DNA of 64,000 nucleotides, taken from contig JAFCZJ010000002.1 in NCBI GenBank assembly GCA_019314375.1, positions 6,904-70,903 of the forward strand. The letters are read 5' to 3'. Positions 46,108-57,030 of this stretch are shown in pieces; the stretch's first letter is position 1; each line of letters opens with the position of its first letter. The translations under genes and the position numbers were made by a program. The DNA comes from Deltaproteobacteria bacterium. Its GTDB lineage: Bacteria; Myxococcota; B64-G9. The notes under the pieces are model-generated. The model was not told where the DNA came from. It made no database searches and saw only the letters and a list, made by a program, of their open reading frames with translations.

Positions 46108-49100
46108 CTAGTCGATGACCTTGACCAATTCGTCGAAGAGTTTTTTGTGTTCCTTGAGCTTCTTCTCGTTGCCGTAGACGCAGATCACGCTGTTTTTTAG
46201 GAAATCTTCCATCATTTTAGAAAATGAGCGGATGTCCTCTTTGCGGGTGACCAGGATTTCGTCACGGGTTTTTTGAAGGTCCGCCTGGCTGATTTTGTGG
46301 AGATAGAGGGACACGGCGGCTCGGCCTTTCTGGGAGGCCGTCTTTGGGCGGTCACGCCGGGAGATGGTGCCGATGATGTATCGGGTCATCTCGGTTTCGG
46401 AGGCGTCGAATTTCTTCAGGTAGTCGATCGTGTTGTCGTAAGTTTTTAATGTTTTTGCCAAATGCGGATCCCGGTAGGAGGCCAGGTAACTGAGTCCGCT
46501 GCGGCCGAAGGCCGACCAGGCCCCGTAGGCACCCGCTTCGACCCGGATTTTTTGGGTCAGGTAGTCCCGGCTGAGAATTTGGCTGAGCACCATCAGTTGG
46601 CCGCTGTACGCATGACCCAGGTCCCGGAAATTGGCCCCTTTGACAACGTATTGCACCTTGGAGGCCGAAAGCAGTCCTTCGTTTTTCTTATCCTGGGCGA
46701 AATCATATTTTTGGGGCTCAAGCTTCCTCGTGCCCAACTGGGCCAGGAAGCCCGGCATTTTTGCCTCAAAGACCTTGTAGTCTTCGGCCGAACAGGTCAC
46801 CCCGATGATTAAATTTTGCTTGTTGAACAAGAGCCCGGCGACCATTTCCAGATCGGCCATCAAATTGGTGGCGTTCTTGTCGAAATCCTTGGCCAGTTGC
46901 GAGACAAAGTGGATGTGGGTCAAGCCTCTGGTCAGCTCGTCGTAGCGTCCGACCTGGGAGAGATAAGAAGCAAGCCTCGTGGTGGCCAGGCTGTTGCCGT
47001 TTCCGCGGGCCGCGGACTGAAGATCGGAATTTCGCTCGTTGATGACTTCTTTGAGTCTTTTGATGTTGTCGAAGCGGGTTTGGGTGATGATCTCGCCGAT
47101 CAACTCAGTGAGCTTTTCGAACTTGGGGGTCAGAACCTTGGCGCTGGCCACAAGCTTGGGGTGGTAGGCCTTGCCATCCTTAATGTCCAGATAGGACTGC
47201 AGGCTGAAATTCAGACCGCCTGTGTGAATGTTGAGCTGTGTGTCGGCCTCCCCGTAGTCGTACTTGGCCGTGTCCAACTTGGACAAGAGGCTGACGAGCA
47301 GCTTGGCGTGCGGGATCAATTCCTGGGGTACGGTCTGGGCGTCGAAGAGAAGCTGCAGGTAGATGATGCCGTTGGTGGAATGCTCAAAGTGGAGGACCTG
47401 GGTGCCATCCATCGAGCGCTCGGCCAACTCGATTTTTTCTTCCTGCTTGTCCAGGTCAGCCAAAGACAGCATGGGGATCTTGGCAAGGTCTTCCGGCTTG
47501 TCCGGCCTGGTTTGGTAGGCCTTCAGCTCCTGGGTCTGCTTGACCAGGGCTTCGATTTCCTTGTCCGAAAACGATGTTTTGATCTTGAGCAGTTTGTCCT
47601 TGCGCTTCTTGTTGTATTCGTCTTCCATGCCGGGCTTGGGTGTCAGCACGGTCAAGAGGCGGTGGGGGTTGTTGAGCAGGTGTTTTTCTATCAGGCTTTC
47701 CAAGTAGTTGGAATCAAGGGCCTTCCGAATTACGGAGAGATGGTCTTCGTAGGCAAGTGTTTTGATGGGATCATCTGCAAACATCCAAGTCTGCAAGGCG
47801 ATGTAGCCGTAGACCAGGCCCTTGGCCATGCCGCCAAAGTCCGCCTCCCGCAAGTTGAACTCCTTACGGTTGATCACGCCCTCGATGTCTTTTTTGTCGA
47901 GGCCTTCTTTGACCACGCGCTTGAGGGTGTCAAAGACCACCTGCTTGAACTTGTCTTTGTCTTCGGGGTTGGCGTTTTTGGCCACGATCGAGAACACGCC
48001 TTGTTTGATGTCGTCGTAAGTCGCATAAACGTCCTTGCCGATTCCCGCATCGAGAAGCGCTTTGCGCATCGGCGAGGCCGGCAGGTCGACCAGCACCTCG
48101 GAGAGAACATCGAATGACATGCAGAGCCCGGGATCGGCGCTTGTGCCTGCCACAAAGTCGAGAGAGAGGTAGGTCTTGTCCTGGGTGCTCTCCGAGCTGG
48201 CCACCGGGTACTCTCCGCTCAGCTCCTTGGGTGCTTGAAATGGTTTTTGCAAAGCGATGCTTGTATCGGCCTTGGACTTGTCGAATTTGGACAGGTAGTT
48301 GTCGTTTATGAATTTCAGCTCCTCTAAGAGGTCGCCGTCACCGTACAAACCGATGTAGCTGTTTGACGGATGGTAGTACTTGCGGTGGAAGTCGAGAAAG
48401 GTTTTTTGGGTGAGTTCGGGGATTGCCTCCGGGTATCCGCCGGAGGAATAACCGTATGGGCTGTCTGGAAACAACTTTTTTGAAATGATGTAGGCAAGCA
48501 TCTGGCCGGGAGACGAAAAGGCACCTTTCATTTCGTTGTAAACGATGCCGTTGTATTTCAGCTCGGCGTCCTTGTTCTCCAAGCTGTAATGCCAGCCCTC
48601 CTGGGCGAAGATCTTGGGCTCGTCGTAGATCATCGGGTTGAGCACCGCGTCTAAGTAGACGTTCATCAGGTTGAAGAAGTCCTTGCGATTGCGACTGGCC
48701 ACCGGATACATGGTCGAATCCGACATGGTGAAGGCGTTCAGATAGGTGTTCAAAGAGCCCTTGACCAGGATATCGAAGGGGCTCTTGACCGGAAACTTTT
48801 TGGAGCCGTTGAGCACCGAATGCTCCATGATGTGCGGAATTCCGTAATCCCCGTTTGGGGGCGTCTTGAACGAAATGGAGAAGACCTTGTTGTCGTCGTC
48901 GCACTCAAGTTTCATCAACCTGGCCCCGGTCTTTTCATGCTCGAAGATTTTCGCTCGGGCCCCGATTTCCTTGATCTCTTGATCGCTAAGAAGTTTGAAT
49001 CCGTGATAGCTCATACCAACCTCCAAGTCAGCGGATCCTGCCTGAACCACAGCCGGTTCCGGCCAGAACCCGAGCAGCAGAAAAATCGCTATCGTCGTGA

Positions 49101-49116
49101 ACGTCATATTTTTCAT
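46108..49116 (-). CDS. M16C-family (PreP / insulinase-like) zinc metallopeptidase
   Basis: Inverted zinc motif HxxEH in GIPHIMEHSVLNGSKKFPVKSPF. About 1000 aa, typical of PreP. N-terminal signal peptide. Lower G+C. Confidence 0.85.
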   Translation of the reverse strand: MKNMTFTTIAIFLLLGFWPEPAVVQAGSADLEVGMSYHGFKLLSDQEIKEIGARAKIFEHEKTGARLMKLECDDDNKVFSISFKTPPNGDYGIPHIMEHSVLNGSKKFPVKSPFDILVKGSLNTYLNAFTMSDSTMYPVASRNRKDFFNLMNVYLDAVLNPMIYDEPKIFAQEGWHYSLENKDAELKYNGIVYNEMKGAFSSPGQMLAYIISKKLFPDSPYGYSSGGYPEAIPELTQKTFLDFHRKYYHPSNSYIGLYGDGDLLEELKFINDNYLSKFDKSKADTSIALQKPFQAPKELSGEYPVASSESTQDKTYLSLDFVAGTSADPGLCMSFDVLSEVLVDLPASPMRKALLDAGIGKDVYATYDDIKQGVFSIVAKNANPEDKDKFKQVVFDTLKRVVKEGLDKKDIEGVINRKEFNLREADFGGMAKGLVYGYIALQTWMFADDPIKTLAYEDHLSVIRKALDSNYLESLIEKHLLNNPHRLLTVLTPKPGMEDEYNKKRKDKLLKIKTSFSDKEIEALVKQTQELKAYQTRPDKPEDLAKIPMLSLADLDKQEEKIELAERSMDGTQVLHFEHSTNGIIYLQLLFDAQTVPQELIPHAKLLVSLLSKLDTAKYDYGEADTQLNIHTGGLNFSLQSYLDIKDGKAYHPKLVASAKVLTPKFEKLTELIGEIITQTRFDNIKRLKEVINERNSDLQSAARGNGNSLATTRLASYLSQVGRYDELTRGLTHIHFVSQLAKDFDKNATNLMADLEMVAGLLFNKQNLIIGVTCSAEDYKVFEAKMPGFLAQLGTRKLEPQKYDFAQDKKNEGLLSASKVQYVVKGANFRDLGHAYSGQLMVLSQILSRDYLTQKIRVEAGAYGAWSAFGRSGLSYLASYRDPHLAKTLKTYDNTIDYLKKFDASETEMTRYIIGTISRRDRPKTASQKGRAAVSLYLHKISQADLQKTRDEILVTRKEDIRSFSKMMEDFLKNSVICVYGNEKKLKEHKKLFDELVKVID

Positions 49117-49165
49117 GGAGTTTTCCTCCCAGGAAAAACGAGCATGGTCAATTTGTTGCTCAAGT

Positions 49166-52042
49166 CTACGGGGACAGGGTGAGCGTCAGGTCAAAGAGCC
49201 CGCAGCTTTCGTAAGAGTCGGCGATGACATAATAGGTCCGCGACTGGGCTTCGTTGTTGGTGAACACAACGCTTTCCGGCGAGTCGACACTCAGATCTCC
49301 ACCCACCACGCAGAGTGCGCCGTTCAGATCGCCGCAGTCGGTGGTGACCCACAGGGCCGCGTCGAACTCATCAAGAGGCGTCATGACGAGGGTGGCGGTG
49401 GTCTGGGCCGGTAACTCCATGGAGTACACCCGTTCAAATGACAAGGTGTCATAGCCGGTACAGCTTGAGTCTTGCAGGCCCATGGCGTCATATACTTGGC
49501 TGCCGCCGCAGCCGTCGGCCCTGCTTATGCCGGCCTCGGTGAGGATTTCTGCCTGGCAATCGAAGACTTCACAAAGCGAGGTCTGGGGATTCCAGGCAAA
49601 GCCGACTTCGCAGGCGCAGACGTAATTGATATCGACCGCCCAGCAGGCACCGGTGGCGTGTTCCACAGCGGCGCAAGGATCAGCGCTGCAGGGCGAGTCT
49701 TCGCAATCGAGGCTTTCGGGATTCCAGACGAAGGTGTCTTGGCACTCACAGTAGAAGTCGTCATTAATGCCAACACATTCACCCGTGGCGTGGGTGAGCG
49801 AGGCACAAGGATCGTCGAAGCAGCTGTTCAACCAGCAACTGCCGAACTCCTCGCAGCGCATTTCTCCGGTATCATTACAACCGCTGAAGTAACAGTCATG
49901 GATGCTCAGGCAGGCAGAGATGTCCCCCATGCTGCCCAGGCCACCCGTGCACTCATATCCCGGCCGGCAATCGACATCATCAGTGCAAGCCTGATAACAG
50001 AAGGCAACGCCCTCATGGAGAAAACCAACGCTTCCTGCATCGCCGGTGCAAGGTTGATACTCGGCCACGAAGTCCGGGCCGGCCTCTTGAATGCAAAGAC
50101 CGCCGGTGGCAAATTCGCAAAGGGTGTCCTCACCCGGGATACCGGTGCCAGGGCAATCCGCATCTTTTTCGCATTCGCCACCCCAGGCGGCATCTGGGGG
50201 ATAGCAGTGGTTGACCGACTCAACGAATCCCGCATCCACGCATCCAGAGCAGATGGCGCAGTCTCCGTCGCAACCGCCGTTCGGCGAGCAGTTCTGGTTG
50301 CGGGTGTTTTCGCAGTCGAGCCAGGCGCAGTCATCGGAAACACAGCTTCGGCTGTCGAGGTCGGCATGCTGGCCTTGCATGCAGTCGCACCAGCCATACT
50401 CCGTGGCACAGTAGCCGGTCTCGCCACACTGGGCGTTGTCGGTGCAACCTGGCCAACAGGCGCCGGGCCCCCCGACATCGTGACAGTCATAGCCATCCCG
50501 GCATTCAGATTCATTCGGGGCGCATTCAGAAAGACATAAGAAGATCATATTGCCCACATCGACACAGAGTGAGTTTCCGGGGCAAGAGATCGGATCCATC
50601 GGATCGCAGTCGTTGGTGCAGAATCCGCCAGGAAAGCCATAGAGGGTTTCGTTCAGGCACCAGCCTATGTCGCAGTCAAGATCCAGCACGCAGGCCTCGC
50701 CGATGTTCGGTAGGGGCAGGGTCTGAGTTTGGCCGGTGGAGCCGGTTTTGATAAGCCAAGAATCTTCAGCGCCGGCACCCCATGATTTGGTATAGCCGGA
50801 GAAGATAAAGCCCTGGTCGAGAGCCTGATCTACCGAATACAGGCCGTCGGCCAGGTCGCCTCCAAAGATTTCCCGCCATTCGATGGTTCCGTCCGCATGG
50901 GTTTTGACGACGATGCCGTCGGTGTTGCCTCCGGTGAAGGAGTGCAGGCTTCCGGCCATCAGATAACCTTCGTCCTGGGTTTGGATTATGTCGAAGCAAT
51001 ACTCGTGGCTATCATCCCCGTGGGTCTGAACCCAGTCCTCGTTGCCGTCGGCGTCGGTTTTGACCATCCAGAGATCGCTTTGGATTTCTCCGGAATACGA
51101 GTAGCTGGCGCCGCAGAGTACAAAGCCGCCGGCCGAAGAGGCGATCACTGAGTTGCCGTAGTCGTTGGCGGAACCACCGTAGGTCTTGCTCCATTGTTCG
51201 TTGCCGGCTGCGTCGATTTTGACCAACCAGCCGTCTTGCAGGCCCGCTCCGGATGAGTTGGTGTTGCCGGCCAACAAATAGCCGTCATCGGCTGTCTGGA
51301 TGATGTCGAAGAAGTAGTCGTGACCGGCTCCGCCGAAATTCTTGGTCCACAAGATTTCGCCCTGGGGGTCGAGTTTGTGCACCACGCCGTCGTAGCTGAT
51401 CGTGTCGAGTGCAAATTCTTTTCCGCATACCAGGATGTTTCCGTCCCGGTCCACCAGGAGGCCCCGGGCCTCTTCGTCTTCGTCTCCTCCGATGGTTTTT
51501 CGCCAGAGCTCAGCGCCTTCGCTGTCCGTGCGAATCAGCATCATGTCGGAGCCTTCGCCCTGGACAAAGGCGTAGCCCGCCATGATGAAGCCGTTTTCGT
51601 AGCGCCTCAGGGCTTTCGCGGAGGCTCCGGTGCCTCCCTCATAGCTCTGGGTCCAAATTGCTTCGCCGTCGTCATCGACCTTCATGAGCAAGAAGCCGGC
51701 ATGGCCGCCAAGGCTGTCGGTGGAACCGGCGAAGACATAGCCGCCAGTGTCCAGGGCCAGCACGGCAAAAGCGTAATCTTCCAAGGCATCGCCGTAAGTC
51801 TTCATCCAGGTTTTGAGGGAGGGGCCGTCGCCGCCGTCCGTGGCCAGATCACCGCCCGCGTCCTGTGCAGCGTCCTGTGCAGCATCCTGTCCCGCATCCT
51901 GCCCCGCGTCCTGTCCCGCGTCCTCATCCGCGGCATCGACTTGGCCGGAATCAGGATTGTCGGCCGCGTCACCACATGCGGACAGGACCAAACCCGCAAT
52001 GAACAGCATCAATATTGAAATCTTGAAGGATTTTAGGTGCAT
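49166..52042 (-). CDS. Lipoprotein with beta-propeller repeats, EGF-like Cys-rich region and PPC-like C-terminal domain
   Basis: ATG 52042 with AGGAGA RBS. Lipobox (GLVLSACGD). (Q/E)DAG low-complexity linker. About 7 repeats of the type GG..D......T.DGGY...G.T.S.G.G..D.WL.K.D..G...W. A Cys-dense middle is followed by the C-terminal ...ATLVMTPLDEFDAALWVT...YYVIADSYE... segment. Confidence 0.6.
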   Translation of the reverse strand: MHLKSFKISILMLFIAGLVLSACGDAADNPDSGQVDAADEDAGQDAGQDAGQDAAQDAAQDAGGDLATDGGDGPSLKTWMKTYGDALEDYAFAVLALDTGGYVFAGSTDSLGGHAGFLLMKVDDDGEAIWTQSYEGGTGASAKALRRYENGFIMAGYAFVQGEGSDMMLIRTDSEGAELWRKTIGGDEDEEARGLLVDRDGNILVCGKEFALDTISYDGVVHKLDPQGEILWTKNFGGAGHDYFFDIIQTADDGYLLAGNTNSSGAGLQDGWLVKIDAAGNEQWSKTYGGSANDYGNSVIASSAGGFVLCGASYSYSGEIQSDLWMVKTDADGNEDWVQTHGDDSHEYCFDIIQTQDEGYLMAGSLHSFTGGNTDGIVVKTHADGTIEWREIFGGDLADGLYSVDQALDQGFIFSGYTKSWGAGAEDSWLIKTGSTGQTQTLPLPNIGEACVLDLDCDIGWCLNETLYGFPGGFCTNDCDPMDPISCPGNSLCVDVGNMIFLCLSECAPNESECRDGYDCHDVGGPGACWPGCTDNAQCGETGYCATEYGWCDCMQGQHADLDSRSCVSDDCAWLDCENTRNQNCSPNGGCDGDCAICSGCVDAGFVESVNHCYPPDAAWGGECEKDADCPGTGIPGEDTLCEFATGGLCIQEAGPDFVAEYQPCTGDAGSVGFLHEGVAFCYQACTDDVDCRPGYECTGGLGSMGDISACLSIHDCYFSGCNDTGEMRCEEFGSCWLNSCFDDPCASLTHATGECVGINDDFYCECQDTFVWNPESLDCEDSPCSADPCAAVEHATGACWAVDINYVCACEVGFAWNPQTSLCEVFDCQAEILTEAGISRADGCGGSQVYDAMGLQDSSCTGYDTLSFERVYSMELPAQTTATLVMTPLDEFDAALWVTTDCGDLNGALCVVGGDLSVDSPESVVFTNNEAQSRTYYVIADSYESCGLFDLTLTLSP

Positions 52043-52233
52043 GAATATCTCCTGGATTCTTGGAGCAAGAAAAATGTTGCTTGGCATTATATCGCCTCCG
52101 GGTCTCAGGACACAAGAAGGCTTTTATTCGCCTTGGACAGGAGGTAAATTGTTTGCCTAGTTGACAAAGTGGGATGAAGACAGGCAGGAATAACATGAGA
52201 TTGCACACAGGGGTCGGAGAGAATGGTGGTCGC

Positions 52234-53304
52234 ATGAGGCATCTTGGTGTTTGCATTTGGGTTGTTGTTGGTATGTTTTCCTTGTCGTTCTTGGCGGCTT
52301 GCGGTTCTGAAGATGGCCCGGAGCCGCTTTGCCTTGAAGACGCGGAATGCGATGATGGCGACACCTGCACCGACGATATCTGTGACGCCGAGATTGGTTG
52401 CCGGAACATTCCCAACGAGGTGGTCTGCGACGACGACGATCCCTGCACCTCGGGCGATCGTTGCAGCGCCGGCCTTTGCAGTGGTCGGCCGGCGGATGTG
52501 GACCGGGACGGGGTCGTGGATCTGAAATGTGGCGGAGAAGACTGCGACGATCGGCGGGCGGGTGTGAACCCGCAGGCTGTTGAGGGCTCAACCCAGAGCA
52601 GTTGTCTGGATGGTCTGGACAACGATTGTGATGGGCTCATCGATGGCGAAGAGACCGCCTGCGCTCAGTTTCAGGACGAATACGCCGACGCTTTGGGCTT
52701 GACGGATAACTCTTTGAAGAATTGGTTGGAGAATCTTGTGGACCGTCATAGCAGCCTTGGCTACGAGGACGCCAAAGAGGAGATGTTCTCCTGGGTCGAT
52801 AACCAGGGTGGTCGAGTGCAGTGCGTGTATACCGGGGAGTGGGTCGAGACCTCGGGCATTCCGGTCAACGAGGTGATGAACACGGAACACACCTGGTGCC
52901 AAAGCTGGGGGGCGGACAGCGAACCAGCCCGTAGTGATCTGCATCATCTGTTTCCCACCATGATGGTGGCCAACTCGGTGCGCGGCAATCTGGATTTTGG
53001 CGAGGTGGTGGAGCCCAATTGGAGCGTCGGCGGCAGCCTGCGAGGGAATGATTATTGGGGGTATCGGGTTTTCGAGGCCAGGGACGAACACAAGGGCAAC
53101 GCGGCCAGGGCCATTTTCTATTTCGCCATCCGCTATGATTACCCCATCGGCGCTCGCATGGAACTCGTGCTTCGCGATTGGCATGCACTCGATCCGCCGG
53201 ACGAAAAAGAGCTTCAACGTGTCGATAATATCGAAGTGCTGCAGGGCAACCGCAATCCCTTCGTCGATCGGGTGGGTTTCGTCGACCGGATCTCGGATTT
53301 TTAA
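52234..53304 (+). CDS. Secreted endonuclease I (EndA/Vvn family) fused to an N-terminal Cys/Asp-rich MopE-type module
   Basis: ATG 52234 with GGAGAG RBS. Lipobox (SFLAACGS). CLDGLDNDCDGLIDGEE motif. Nuclease motifs NTEHTWCQSWG, DLHHLFP, ANSVRGN..FG and GNRNPFVD. Confidence 0.75.
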   Translation: MRHLGVCIWVVVGMFSLSFLAACGSEDGPEPLCLEDAECDDGDTCTDDICDAEIGCRNIPNEVVCDDDDPCTSGDRCSAGLCSGRPADVDRDGVVDLKCGGEDCDDRRAGVNPQAVEGSTQSSCLDGLDNDCDGLIDGEETACAQFQDEYADALGLTDNSLKNWLENLVDRHSSLGYEDAKEEMFSWVDNQGGRVQCVYTGEWVETSGIPVNEVMNTEHTWCQSWGADSEPARSDLHHLFPTMMVANSVRGNLDFGEVVEPNWSVGGSLRGNDYWGYRVFEARDEHKGNAARAIFYFAIRYDYPIGARMELVLRDWHALDPPDEKELQRVDNIEVLQGNRNPFVDRVGFVDRISDF

Positions 53305-53320
53305 ATGGGAGGGTGATACA

Positions 53321-53812
53321 ATGGAAGAAAAAGAGATCGCGAACCAGGGTTTCATTCGACCGGCGCGTCAGGAAACCATCGAACAGTTTTGGGCCGCACG
53401 CTGGGGCATTCCCATCGTGACGCCGACTTGGATCTATCGTCCCGGTGACGTGGAGGGCCTGAGCCTCAGAGACGCGGAGGAGCGAGTCCTGGGGCTCATT
53501 ACCTGGAAAGTAAACGCGGCTCAGGCCGAGATCGTCAGTTTCGATACGGTGGAACACAGCCGCGGCTGGGGCTCTTTGCTCTTGCAGGCGGCCGAGGAAG
53601 AACTGCAAGCGGGTCAGGCTGAGTCGATTCGGGTATTCACCACAAACGACAATTTGCCGGGCCTTCGTTTTTATTTGCATCGGGGCTATCGGCTGGTCAA
53701 AGTGCACCTCGACGCCATGGATCATGTGCGCGAGATCAAGCCACGAGTGCCCACGGTGGGTCGACAGGGCGTGGCGATCAGGGACTTGTGGGAAGTGCAG
53801 AAGGCCCTATGA
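53321..53812 (+). CDS. GNAT-family N-acetyltransferase
   Basis: ATG 53321 (track start 52997 rejected). Motif A-like HSRGWGSLLLQAAEEE and ...NLPGLRFYLHRGYRL. 163 aa. Confidence 0.7.
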   Translation: MEEKEIANQGFIRPARQETIEQFWAARWGIPIVTPTWIYRPGDVEGLSLRDAEERVLGLITWKVNAAQAEIVSFDTVEHSRGWGSLLLQAAEEELQAGQAESIRVFTTNDNLPGLRFYLHRGYRLVKVHLDAMDHVREIKPRVPTVGRQGVAIRDLWEVQKAL

Positions 53813-53829
53813 ACAGTTTTGGAGGAAAG

Positions 53830-55926
<2,097 letters not shown>

Positions 55927-55939
55927 CTCAATGCGATTT

Positions 55940-56515
55940 TTAGCTTTGAATGCGTTTAATCAACCAGGCCATGTTTTCGCCCAGGGTCTGCATGGTTTCC
56001 ATCCCCTCAGTGTCTTGTTCTACTTCTCCCTGGTCGCGACCCAGGCCCAGATTCCAATAGCTTGAGCCCACGACCATCATCTGCGAGACGGTGAAAAAAT
56101 GGTTGATGGAGTTGAAGGTGTGGATGCCGCCGGCTCTTCGCATGGAGACCACGGCGGCCCCCGCCTTGCGTCTGAGCAGGTCTCCGTTGGCCCGGCATAC
56201 GTAACCGGTCCTGTCGATAAAGGCCTTCATTTCGCTTGTCAGATCAGAGAAGTAGGTGGGCGAACCCAGCAAGATGCCGTCGGCGTTCAGCATTTTTTGG
56301 ATGCAGTCGTTGATCAAATCACCAGGCAAAATACAGCGTGAGTCTTTGAGTTGTTTGCACTTTCCGCAAGCAGTGCAGCCGCGGATTAAGCGACCCCCCA
56401 GTTGCACTTTCTCGGTATCGATGCCCTCGGCTGCGATTGCGCTCAAGACCCGATCCAGCATACGACTGGTGTTTCCCTCGGGGCGTGGGCTGCCATTGAA
56501 TGCGACAACGCGCAT
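55940..56515 (-). CDS. NADPH-dependent FMN reductase / iron-sulfur flavoprotein-like
   Basis: MRVVAFNGSPRPEGNTSRML... followed by a CTACGKC cluster, typical of the flavodoxin-like FMN reductase family. Confidence 0.8.
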   Translation of the reverse strand: MRVVAFNGSPRPEGNTSRMLDRVLSAIAAEGIDTEKVQLGGRLIRGCTACGKCKQLKDSRCILPGDLINDCIQKMLNADGILLGSPTYFSDLTSEMKAFIDRTGYVCRANGDLLRRKAGAAVVSMRRAGGIHTFNSINHFFTVSQMMVVGSSYWNLGLGRDQGEVEQDTEGMETMQTLGENMAWLIKRIQS

Positions 56516-56580
56516 GATGTCCTCCTTTTCTTGAAGCGGATTCTACGCGCTTTCTTTATGGAGGCAAGCAAAAGAACTGA

Positions 56581-56658
56581 GGTAAATATGCCGCGCCCGG
56601 TGTGCGTTGAATTAGGAGGTTTCTCCTTTTTGATTCGAATTGCTGTGGTAAATATGCC
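56581..56658 (+). promoter_or_regulatory. Direct repeat GGTAAATATGCC x2 (candidate activator binding sites)
   Basis: ctgaGGTAAATATGCCgCG at 56577-56595 and ctgtGGTAAATATGCCtCG at 56643-56661, spaced 66 bp. They lie 100-180 bp upstream of the sigma54-like promoter. Confidence 0.3.
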
Positions 56659-56759
56659 TCGTTAGTGCTGTTTTTGTTTCCTGATAGGCCCTGCCAGGAA
56701 ATTGTCTTTTCCTTTGGAATCTATGGAGAAATACAGAAATCCGAGAGCTTTGTGATTGT

Positions 56760-56775
56760 TGGCACAGAAAGTGCT
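56760..56775 (+). promoter_or_regulatory. sigma54 (-24/-12)-like promoter
   Basis: TGGCAC-agaaa-GTGCT has correct GG..GC spacing and one mismatch in the -12 box. It sits in a ~500-bp A+T-rich intergenic region, about 255 nt upstream of ATG 57031. Confidence 0.45.
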
Positions 56776-57030
56776 TATAAGTATGCCTGAAAGAGCTTGA
56801 AAGTATCTTTGAAAATTGAAATGCAGTTAGAGGAGTGACTCGTGTCTTTCGGTCCGTACGGTATCCCCCCCGCCTGCGGATCGGGGCGACAACTCCTCAA
56901 CCTTTATGAGCGCATTTGAGAATGGAAAGGCTTCCCCCCCGCCCGACCAATTTTGAGTGCGTTCTTTTTTTTTGCCTGATCGCGTTGATCGCTTCTTTTC
57001 ATTTTTGAAGGCTTGAAGCAATATGGACCC

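Noticed and set aside
52082-52096. TGGCAT-tatat-CGCC sigma54-like motif upstream of the endonuclease gene
   Set aside because: The GG-to-GC spacing is one nucleotide short of the canonical spacing, and the -12 box is poor.
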